NCBI GenBank assembly: GCA_963843145.1
Contig: CAWJJC010000020.1
Span: 128,001-192,000, forward strand
DNA from: an uncultured delta proteobacterium
GTDB lineage: Bacteria; Desulfobacterota; RBG-13-43-22
Reading direction: 5' to 3'
DNA length: 64,000 bases
The notes beneath the pieces are model-generated. The model ran no database searches. It was not told the DNA's origin and worked only from the letters and a program-made list of their open reading frames with translations. This document shows positions 56,001 through 64,000 of the stretch, in pieces (position 1 is the first letter of the stretch; every line of letters begins with the position of its first letter). Made by a program: the position numbers and the translations under genes.

Positions 56001-57478
56001 CGGGGCAAGGTCTCCATGAATGGGAGCACCGCGGTTTGAATCAGATCGAGCATCAGCCTTGGCCAGAGACCGAAGAGGACGATTACCGCCACCAGAATCA
56101 TCCGGGAAAGCCCCAGGCCGAAAGAAATATCGGGCAGATGCGCCCAACGCTCATTTCGCGGTCCGTAAAAGGTCTTTTGAACCACGCGGAGCATAAAAAG
56201 GGCGCTAACCGCCAGGGAAGAAATCGCCAGGACGCCGAGAACGGGGTAAACCTTTAGGGCCGAGACAAAGACGGTCACCTCCGCCCAAAAATTGGCGAAC
56301 CCCGGCACCCCCATGCCGGCCAGCGCGCCCAAGATAAAATAGGCGGAAGCGATGGGCATAATCGCACTCATCCCCCCCAGCTCCGGGATCATCTTGGTCC
56401 CGGTCCGGTCATGGAAATACCCTACCGAAGAAAAAAGCAGGGCCGTCATCGCCCCATGGGCAAACATCTGGAAGACGGCGCCGTTCAGGCCGCCCACGGT
56501 GACCGTGGAGAGACCCAGTCCGACGATTCCCATGTGGGAGACACTGGAGTAAGCGACCACATACTTGAGATCGGTTTGGGTCAGCCCGACAAAGACCCCG
56601 TACACAATCCCGATGGTCGCCAGAACGGCCATCCACTCCGCCCAATACTGCCACCCCAAGGGGCAGAGGGCTATGGCCACCCGCAGCACCCCAAAGGCCC
56701 CCAGCTTCATGAGCACTCCGGCATGAATCATACTGACCGAGGTCGGGGCGGCCACATGGCCCGAAGGGGACCAGGTGTGGAAAGGCCAGACTCCGGCCAG
56801 AATACCAAAGCCCAGATAGAGAAAAATGAAGGCCAATTTTTGTTGAAAGGGCGTGAAAGTCCCGGGACGCATTAAACTGACCAGATCGAAGGTCTGCAAA
56901 CCCGATTTCACGAAGAGATAAAGGATGGCCGGCAGAATCAGAGCGCTTCCCGCCAGTAGAAAGAGGAACAGCTTCATGGCGCCGTATTCTTTCCGCGTGG
57001 TGCCCCAGATCAGGATGAGGAGAAACATGGGGAAGAGCGAGACATCATACCAGACAAAGATAAAAAAAAGATCCAGGCTCATGAAGAAGCCGAAGACCCC
57101 CATGACCAGCAGGAAGTAGAGGGCAAAGAACTCCTTTACCCTTTCTTTCAGTTCCCACATGGCCAGCACCCCGGTAAAGTGAACGATCCCGGTCAAGAGC
57201 AGCAGGGGCAAATTAAAACCATCCGCTCCGTTGAAATAATGGATGCCCAGCGTTTTGACCCAGGAGACCTTTTCCACGAACTGGAGTCCGCCCTGGGATC
57301 GGTCATAAGCGATGAAGAGATAGATGGAGAGCAGCAAAGCGATTCCGGAAAAAACCGTACTGACCCCACGGATCAGGACTTTTCGTTCAGCGGGGATAAA
57401 AAGGATAAGCAGAAGACCCGCCAGGCAACTGAGCAGAATCGCCGTCAGCCAGGGAAATCCGGCCTGGTCAAGGTGCAT
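55997..57478 (-). CDS. nuoM: NADH-quinone oxidoreductase subunit M
   Basis: PFHTW, AGVLMKLG, DLKYVVAYSSVSHMG, PGFANFWAE. Confidence 0.92.
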   Translation of the reverse strand: MHLDQAGFPWLTAILLSCLAGLLLILFIPAERKVLIRGVSTVFSGIALLLSIYLFIAYDRSQGGLQFVEKVSWVKTLGIHYFNGADGFNLPLLLLTGIVHFTGVLAMWELKERVKEFFALYFLLVMGVFGFFMSLDLFFIFVWYDVSLFPMFLLILIWGTTRKEYGAMKLFLFLLAGSALILPAILYLFVKSGLQTFDLVSLMRPGTFTPFQQKLAFIFLYLGFGILAGVWPFHTWSPSGHVAAPTSVSMIHAGVLMKLGAFGVLRVAIALCPLGWQYWAEWMAVLATIGIVYGVFVGLTQTDLKYVVAYSSVSHMGIVGLGLSTVTVGGLNGAVFQMFAHGAMTALLFSSVGYFHDRTGTKMIPELGGMSAIMPIASAYFILGALAGMGVPGFANFWAEVTVFVSALKVYPVLGVLAISSLAVSALFMLRVVQKTFYGPRNERWAHLPDISFGLGLSRMILVAVIVLFGLWPRLMLDLIQTAVLPFMETLPR

Positions 57479-57566
57479 CGCTGTTCCCCCTCCGGAAGAC
57501 GCTCCCGATCTTCATTTCCCGGATATTCAATTTTAAACCACCGCTTTTCATTCCCGTCTCATTTTC

Positions 57567-59441
57567 CTATATAAAGAAAAAGTAAAGTGCCACCAATCCC
57601 ACTACGGACAAGGGCACCAAGAGGTTATACCGCAAACGGCCGGATTGAAGATAGGAGACCACCCGCCCGCTGCCCACGGTGAATTTACAGAACCCGTCGA
57701 TACCGCCGTCGATCACCTGCCGGTCATTACGGGTAAAGAGGTTGGCGAAAGTGCGATAAACCACCTGTTCCAAAAAGATCCGGTAAAAATGGTCCAGGTA
57801 CCAGCGCTCGGCCAGAAAGTTCCGGAGTAGCGGAATTCGCTCCACAAAACCTATCTGTTTGGAACCCTGGCGGCCGAACTCAAACCAGGCCAGCGCCAGG
57901 GCGGAGAAGACCAATCCCAGGGAACCGACGGTGACCCAGTCCCAATGAGCCGCGCTACTCTGCCGGCCCAGAAGGAAACCTTCCAGGGGGGCTTCAAAGA
58001 ACCCCAGCACACTAATAAGGATCGCCAGAATAATGAGCGGTCCGGCCATAGCCCAGTAAGCCGAGACGGACGGGCGACTTTCATTTGGATCATCCGGGTC
58101 CCTGTTTTTCGGGAAGAGGATGATCAAAATGGGCCGGAAGGTGTAATAGGGGGTCAGAAAGACGCCGAGAAACCCGACCAGGAGCCAGACGGGATTTTTC
58201 AGCCCGGTCAGCGCACCCAGGATGGCCTCCTTGCTGAAGAAACCCGCAAACGGCGGGAGTCCGGAAAGGCTGGCCCCGGCCAGAAGGAGACAGACCATGG
58301 GAATCTTCAGTCCCCGGCCCGAACGCCGGCCTATTTCGAACATATCATTGGTCCCAAAATAGGCGACCCAGACCCCCGAGCAGAGAAAGAGCAACGTCTT
58401 AAAGGCGGCGTGGGTCGTCAGATGAAAGATCCCGGCGAAGTACCCCCCTGCGCCTAAAGCCATAAGCATATATCCCAATTGGCTGATGGTGGAGTAGGCC
58501 CAGACTTTTTTGATATCCCGGTCCACCAGGGCCATGGTGGACGCCATGAGCATGGAGAGGCCCCCGATGGCCAGAATGACGGTCAGGGCCACGGTGGAAT
58601 GGCTGAAAAAGGGGAAAAGACGGGCCAACAAGTAGACTCCGGCGGCCACCATGGTGGCTGAATGGAGCAAGGCGCTGACCGGCGTGGGGCCTTCCATGGC
58701 ATCCGGGAGCCAGGTCAGGAGAGGGAACTGGGCGCTCTTGCCCACCACCCCGCCGAACATCAATAGCGCGCAAAGGGTGATGAGTCCTGAAGACAACCGG
58801 GCGGGGACTTCGGGGCTGTTCATTTCCAGGATATTCAGGTTGCCCAGGTTTAGCAGTACCAATAATAGCCCGATGAAAAAAGCGACATCTCCCAGACGGG
58901 TCATGACGAAGGCCTTTTTTCCGGCCTGGGTGGCGCTGAATTTTTCAAGCCAAAAACCGATCAACAGATAGGAGCAGAGGCCCACCAGCTCCCAAAAAAA
59001 ATAGAGCTGGAGCAGTGAAGAGGAGAGGGTCAGGGACATCATGGCCCAGGCGAAGAGGGAGTGGAGGGCGTAATAACGGGCCAAACCCGGGTCGCCGGCC
59101 ATGTAGCCCAGGGAGTAGACCTGCACCAGGAAACTGATTCCGGCCACCACGGTGAGCATGAGCAAGCTGGCCGGATCCAGTAAAAAGCCGAAGGGTATAG
59201 AGATATTCCCGCTGACGAACCACTGACCGGCGTGGAGGATCGGGTGCTCCAGGTCCCAATGGACCAGGAGCAGAAAAAGGGTGCTGCCCAGAGAAACCGC
59301 GACCGCCCCGATGGAGATAGCGGCGGAGATCCTGGGATAGGGCCGGACAAAAAGGATGATCAGCATAAACGCCAGGAAGGGCAGCGTGACCGCTGTCGCC
59401 ATGGCCAGGAGCGTCGGGTCCTTAAGCAAGGTCAGGAGCAT
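57567..59441 (-). CDS. nuoL: NADH-quinone oxidoreductase subunit L
   Basis: GKSAQFPL.TWLPDAMEGPTPVSALLHSATMVAAG. Confidence 0.95.
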   Translation of the reverse strand: MLLTLLKDPTLLAMATAVTLPFLAFMLIILFVRPYPRISAAISIGAVAVSLGSTLFLLLVHWDLEHPILHAGQWFVSGNISIPFGFLLDPASLLMLTVVAGISFLVQVYSLGYMAGDPGLARYYALHSLFAWAMMSLTLSSSLLQLYFFWELVGLCSYLLIGFWLEKFSATQAGKKAFVMTRLGDVAFFIGLLLVLLNLGNLNILEMNSPEVPARLSSGLITLCALLMFGGVVGKSAQFPLLTWLPDAMEGPTPVSALLHSATMVAAGVYLLARLFPFFSHSTVALTVILAIGGLSMLMASTMALVDRDIKKVWAYSTISQLGYMLMALGAGGYFAGIFHLTTHAAFKTLLFLCSGVWVAYFGTNDMFEIGRRSGRGLKIPMVCLLLAGASLSGLPPFAGFFSKEAILGALTGLKNPVWLLVGFLGVFLTPYYTFRPILIILFPKNRDPDDPNESRPSVSAYWAMAGPLIILAILISVLGFFEAPLEGFLLGRQSSAAHWDWVTVGSLGLVFSALALAWFEFGRQGSKQIGFVERIPLLRNFLAERWYLDHFYRIFLEQVVYRTFANLFTRNDRQVIDGGIDGFCKFTVGSGRVVSYLQSGRLRYNLLVPLSVVGLVALYFFFI

Positions 59442-59471
59442 CGCTGTTCTCTGGATTCATTAAGCCAACAC

Positions 59472-59777
59472 CTACCATTTCAATAGCGTAAAGCGGTCCG
59501 CATCCACGGAACCTTTGGACCGGTAGGCCGCGATCACCAGGGTCAGACCTACCGCCACCTCGGTTGCGGATACCCCGAGGATAAAGAGGACAAAGGCTTG
59601 CCCCTCCAATTGGTGCCAGCGCAGGGCGGAGGCTATAAACAGGATGGCCGCGGCGTTCATCATGATCTCCACCCCGATGAGGGTCATGATCAGATTGCGC
59701 CGCGTCAGCAAGCAGATCAGACCCAGAATGAAGAGGAGCGCCGCCAGGAGAAAGACCTGGCTGTAAGGTACAATCAT
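59472..59777 (-). CDS. nuoK: NADH-quinone oxidoreductase subunit K
   Basis: RRNLI...EIMMNA, GQAF, EVAVGL. Confidence 0.92.
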   Translation of the reverse strand: MIVPYSQVFLLAALLFILGLICLLTRRNLIMTLIGVEIMMNAAAILFIASALRWHQLEGQAFVLFILGVSATEVAVGLTLVIAAYRSKGSVDADRFTLLKW

Positions 59778-60292
59778 AGGTTCTCCCCGTTTTCTTCTTC
59801 CCCGCCTCTTTTTCCCAGTTGGATGACGGCCATCAGGCCGACGAGCAGGATCAGAGAAATAATCTCCACGGAAAGCCAGTACTTCTCGAAGATGAAACGG
59901 CCGAAGGCCTTGGGCGTGGCCACGGCCGGCTCCAAAGGGATCCGGCTGTGCGGGTCCGTAAAAACCAGAAGCAGGGCCACCGAAAGAAAGATCAACCCCA
60001 GACCCATGGCGGGCGCCCATTGGGCCGCCGTCATCCCGGCTTCAGCGGCCGCCTCTTCCTTCAGCAGCATAATGACGAAGAGAAACAGGACCATGATCGC
60101 GCCGGCATAGATGATGACTTCCAGGGCAGCCAAAAAGGGCGCCCCAAGGAGATAGAAAAGCAGCGCGCTCCCCAGAAAGGATAGGATCAGATAAACCACC
60201 GCATGCACCGGATGACGACGGGTAATCGCCAACCCGGTCGAAACCAGAATAAACCCGGCCAGCACATAAAAGATGACGGTGTAAACGGTCAT
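59774..60292 (-). CDS. nuoJ: NADH-quinone oxidoreductase subunit J
   Basis: HPVHA, YAGAIMVLFLFVIMLL. Confidence 0.93.
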   Translation of the reverse strand: MTVYTVIFYVLAGFILVSTGLAITRRHPVHAVVYLILSFLGSALLFYLLGAPFLAALEVIIYAGAIMVLFLFVIMLLKEEAAAEAGMTAAQWAPAMGLGLIFLSVALLLVFTDPHSRIPLEPAVATPKAFGRFIFEKYWLSVEIISLILLVGLMAVIQLGKRGGEEENGENL

Positions 60293-60347
60293 GAAGAATC
60301 CTTTCCCGGCGGCGCATCCTCAGGGGATATTGGCGAAGGGCCCCGGC

Positions 60348-60902
60348 TCAAGGCAGATTACTCCTCAGATCCACCGGTTTCTCCTCCTGGTTATGCTCCC
60401 CCTTGCCCCCGGCAACGTTTATGCCGGCCTGGCGATAAAAATTGTACTCCTTATTTTTTCCTCCGTGATCCACCAGAAGATCCTCTTTTTCCGCCAGCAG
60501 CGTCAAGACATCATAGCCGCAATGCTCAAAGGACGGGGTCAATTGGATAGCCAGCGTAGGACAGGCCTCTTCACAGAACCCGCAATAGATACAACGGGCG
60601 AAGTTGATCCGGAACCAGGGCGCCCAGCGACGCCCATCCGCTCGTTCGGCGGATTGCATGGAGATGCAGTTGACCGGACAGACCGCCGAACAGAGATAAC
60701 AGGCCACGCAGCGCTCCTCACCGTCCGGGTCCCGGGTCAGGATGATTCTGGCCCGGGAACGGGCAGGCAGCGGCCGTTTATACTCCGGGTACTGCTCGGT
60801 GACCGGTTTTCGGAAGAGATGTTTCAAGACGGTCCAAAAGCCTTTGGCCAATCCCGGCCCGACATCGGCCCCTATCTTTCGTATCCTGGAGGAGTCGGCC
60901 AT
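60348..60902 (-). CDS. nuoI: NADH-quinone oxidoreductase subunit I
   Basis: TEQYPE, CVACYLCSAVCP, CIYCGFCEEACP. Confidence 0.95.
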   Translation of the reverse strand: MADSSRIRKIGADVGPGLAKGFWTVLKHLFRKPVTEQYPEYKRPLPARSRARIILTRDPDGEERCVACYLCSAVCPVNCISMQSAERADGRRWAPWFRINFARCIYCGFCEEACPTLAIQLTPSFEHCGYDVLTLLAEKEDLLVDHGGKNKEYNFYRQAGINVAGGKGEHNQEEKPVDLRSNLP

Positions 60903-60907
60903 TTATT

Positions 60908-61909
60908 TTAAATTCCCCTGACCCATAAGATCATCCCGCCGGTAGCCATGATATTCAGCAAAGCCGCGGGGATGAGGATCTTCCAGCCCAAATCCATGAG
61001 CTGGTCATAACGGAGACGCGGCAGGGTGGTCCGCATCCAGATCATGACAAAAACCACGGCCAGGACCTTGATCAAAAACCAGATCATCGGCGGCAGCAGC
61101 GGACCGCGCCATCCGCCCAAAAAGAAAACCGCCATCAATCCGCCCAAGACGATCATGGTAATGTACTCACCCAAAAAATAAAGGCCGAAACGCATACCGC
61201 TGTATTCCAGATGATAGCCGGCCACCAGCTCGGCGTCGGCCTCTGGCAGGTCAAAGGGAATCCGTTTGCTTTCCGCCACGGCACTGATAAAGAAAATAAC
61301 CAGGGCCAGCGGCTGCACCAGGATAAAAGGGTAACGGGCCTGGGCGGCCACGATATCCACCAGGCTGAAGGAGCGGGCCAGCATGACCACGGGGACCAGC
61401 GCGAGTCCCAAAGAGAGTTCATAACTGATCATCTGGGCCCCGGCCCGGACGCCGCCCAGAAGGCTGTATTTGGAATGGGAGGCCCACCCTCCCAGGGCCA
61501 CCCCATAGACGCTGATCGAGGAAAGGGCCAGGACAAAAAGAAGGCCCACATTAAGATCAGTAATCACCAGGGGAACCGGCCGGCCCATGACGGTCCATCC
61601 CCGGCCGAAGGGGATGACGGCAAAAATCAGCAAGGCCGTGGCCGCCACGACGGCCGGGGCCACAAGAAATATAGGGCGGTCCGCCCCTTGGGGGACGGTG
61701 TCTTCCTTGGTCAGCATTTTGATGACATCGGCCAACGGCTGGAGCAGTCCGAATTTCCCCGCCCGGTTGGGGCCATAGCGGACCTGCATCCGCCCCAGAA
61801 GCTTTCGTTCGGCCAGGGTCAGGTAAGCGGCGAGGGTCAGCAGACCGACCAACACCAGGCCCAGCTTGATCAGGAGAAAGAGGTACCCTAAAATCCAGTC
61901 CGGGGTCAC
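60908..61909 (-). CDS. nuoH: NADH-quinone oxidoreductase subunit H
   Basis: GTG start coupled to the nuoG stop; ERK...RYGPN, QMISYE, PFDLPEA, PRLRYDQLM. Confidence 0.95.
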   Translation of the reverse strand: MTPDWILGYLFLLIKLGLVLVGLLTLAAYLTLAERKLLGRMQVRYGPNRAGKFGLLQPLADVIKMLTKEDTVPQGADRPIFLVAPAVVAATALLIFAVIPFGRGWTVMGRPVPLVITDLNVGLLFVLALSSISVYGVALGGWASHSKYSLLGGVRAGAQMISYELSLGLALVPVVMLARSFSLVDIVAAQARYPFILVQPLALVIFFISAVAESKRIPFDLPEADAELVAGYHLEYSGMRFGLYFLGEYITMIVLGGLMAVFFLGGWRGPLLPPMIWFLIKVLAVVFVMIWMRTTLPRLRYDQLMDLGWKILIPAALLNIMATGGMILWVRGI

Positions 61910-64000
61910 GGGGTCTCCTGACTTTTTTTGATTTGATCCTGGGACACCCGCAGCGGATGGACGGTTATTTTTTGCCAAGCCAGTTGGTCCTGCCGCGGCA
62001 GGATCATGACCCCCGCCGCCAGATGTTCCTGGAGATCCACCGCTATTTCCAGCGGCCCCCCCTCGAGGGAGAGTACCGCCGCCTCCCCATTCCGGAACCC
62101 TAACCGGTCTCCCACCTCGGTCGGCAAGGTCAGACTGGGCCGGCGCACTGTTTCCCGGAGGGGGCGGGAATAGGCGGAAATTTCTTCGGTCCCAAAGGTC
62201 CGGTCGACCAACAGGAGTTCCAGGGAATCACCGGAGACGGAGCCTTTGCTTCTCTCCAGATCCTCTGCGCCATTCGTTGCCGCAGGGCCTCCCTCCCCCT
62301 GATCGAGCCCTTGATCGGGAATGAGACGAATTTCCTCCCGGAGATCCTTCGGGTTCTGCAGTCGGGAGAAGATCGGATTTTCTTCGGCCAGGACTGTCCA
62401 GAGGGTATTCAGGGAGAGGTCTTCCTCCGGAGAGAGGAGCCGGGCCAGTTCAGCCAGTAGCCGGCCGGCCGGCCGGGGTTCTCCTCCGGGGATATCCTTT
62501 CGGAAGCGGCGCGGCGGATGGCCTCCGGCGTTCAGTTGTTCGACCGAGGTACCGCCGCGATAAACCGGCGCCGCCCATTGAATCCGGCCTTCCTGATTGA
62601 CGAAAGCGCCTCCGGCTTCAAATATGGTTTGGGTGGGCAAAAAAATATCTGCCTGGCGAGCCGACGGAGTAGGCAGAAAATCCATTACCAATAGAAAATC
62701 GAGCTTTCCCAAAGCCTTTTCCAACCGGGCTCGATCGGGGAAAAGCCGGAAGGGATCGCACTCCACCAAGATCAGAGCGGCCAGGGAACCGTTTTCAATG
62801 GCCTCCAGGGTCTTCAAAAAGGAGGCCCCGGGAGAGGAGAGCAGGGCTGCGCCGAAGGCATTGGCCTCCCCCAAGAGATAGAAAAGGCCGGCCGGCTGCC
62901 CCCTGGACTGAAGGGTAAGGACCAGATCGAAAGCCAGGGCCGGGGTGGTTGGCCTGACGACATCGGTGCCGCAAACGATGACCGGTCGACGGCTTTGTCT
63001 CATTTTCCGGGTTATTTCCTCCAGCCGGTCTCCAAGGGCGGGATCCGCGTCCGGGGGGGGCACGGTCCCTCGAGTCAGAAGGGCCAGACAGAGATCCAGG
63101 GCATCCGGGGTGACGGGAAGGTGCTCAAAAGTCAGGGGCAGAAAGACCGGTCGGGGATCAAGGACGGCAATGAAGGCCCCCTTCCGGAAGGCCTGTCGCA
63201 GAGTCAGGGACAACAGGGGGGCTTCCTGCTCCGGATCGGCACCGATAACCAGGATGAAGTCCGACTGTTCGATGTCCCTCAGAGAAACCGCCACCCGCTC
63301 ATCCAGTCTGGAGACCGCCCTCTTCACCGCATTTTCTCTAAAAGGATCCACCAGGTAGGCCGGGTCGGGCCAGCCTTGCCTCCGGCTGAGGCCTCTTAAC
63401 ATCCCCTGGGTCTCCAGGCTGCTTCGGCCGGAACCCTGACCGGCAACGGCCCCGGGTCCTTCGCTCCGGGTGATCTCAGCCAGCCGATCGGCAGCGGCCC
63501 GGAGGGCCTGATCCAGGGGAACTTCTTCCCGGGAAATCCTGGCCCGACGGGGCCGCTCCGGATGGTTGGCATAGGCATAGCCGTACCGACCCCGGTCACA
63601 GATGAAATACCCGTTAACCCTCCTGCTGAAGCCGGCTTCCATCCGGACCACTTCGCGATACCGGGCGCTGGCCACGACCCGGCAGCCCAGGGAGCAGTGA
63701 ATACAGAGGGAAGGGCTTCGTTCATACTCCCAACGCCGGCCTTTATAACGGGACGGTTTGTCGGTCAGGACCCCGGTGGGACACAAATCGATGATATTGC
63801 CCGAGAAGGGACTTTCCAGCGGACCGGCGCTGAACCGGCCGAAATACATGTGCTTGGCGATCCCCAGCGCCCCGAAATCCCGGTACCCGGCGAACTCCTG
63901 GTAAAAGCGACGGCAGCGAAAGCAATGGATACAGCGGTTCATCTCCTGCTGGATAAAAGGGCCCAGGTCTTGATCGTTAAAGGTCCGCTTTTTTCCGGCG
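61906..64000 (-). CDS. nuoG: NADH-quinone oxidoreductase subunit G (5' part outside window)
   Basis: EMNRCIHCFRC, FSGNIIDLCPTG, CIHCSLGC...ICDRGR. Confidence 0.93.
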   Translation of the reverse strand, partial: AGKKRTFNDQDLGPFIQQEMNRCIHCFRCRRFYQEFAGYRDFGALGIAKHMYFGRFSAGPLESPFSGNIIDLCPTGVLTDKPSRYKGRRWEYERSPSLCIHCSLGCRVVASARYREVVRMEAGFSRRVNGYFICDRGRYGYAYANHPERPRRARISREEVPLDQALRAAADRLAEITRSEGPGAVAGQGSGRSSLETQGMLRGLSRRQGWPDPAYLVDPFRENAVKRAVSRLDERVAVSLRDIEQSDFILVIGADPEQEAPLLSLTLRQAFRKGAFIAVLDPRPVFLPLTFEHLPVTPDALDLCLALLTRGTVPPPDADPALGDRLEEITRKMRQSRRPVIVCGTDVVRPTTPALAFDLVLTLQSRGQPAGLFYLLGEANAFGAALLSSPGASFLKTLEAIENGSLAALILVECDPFRLFPDRARLEKALGKLDFLLVMDFLPTPSARQADIFLPTQTIFEAGGAFVNQEGRIQWAAPVYRGGTSVEQLNAGGHPPRRFRKDIPGGEPRPAGRLLAELARLLSPEEDLSLNTLWTVLAEENPIFSRLQNPKDLREEIRLIPDQGLDQGEGGPAATNGAEDLERSKGSVSGDSLELLLVDRTFGTEEISAYSRPLRETVRRPSLTLPTEVGDRLGFRNGEAAVLSLEGGPLEIAVDLQEHLAAGVMILPRQDQLAWQKITVHPLRVSQDQIKKSQETP

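Overview
GC-rich bacterial chromosomal window. The gene content suggests an anaerobic Desulfobacterota/deltaproteobacterium (inference). Left to right it holds: a type I restriction-modification locus (hsdR, KilA-N gene, four-helix-bundle gene, hsdM running off the left edge); housekeeping and signalling genes (GNAT, phoU, B12-radical SAM, DUF4301, GGDEF/HDOD cluster, MFS); a cobalamin-riboswitch-controlled ~15 kb anaerobic corrin biosynthesis and cobalt uptake operon; a toxin-first vapC/phd module; a Cache-PAS-GAF-GGDEF cyclase; an M48-TPR peptidase; glgP; an alternative complex III + cbb3 oxidase + Cu-ATPase cluster; and nuoG-N. At least five genes are broken by single-base indels in G/C runs, most likely sequencing errors. 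The most striking unexplained signal is a family of period-7 (heptamer) inverted-repeat elements. Two 31-nt arms of four heptamers bracket the four-helix-bundle gene, one of them overlapping the hsdM start codon, and a third arm sits in frame inside hsdM. Four related gene-less hairpin elements (137, 137, 160 and 206 bp, four heptamers per arm) sit at gene junctions of the cobalamin operon, and further period-7/9 hairpins occur elsewhere.
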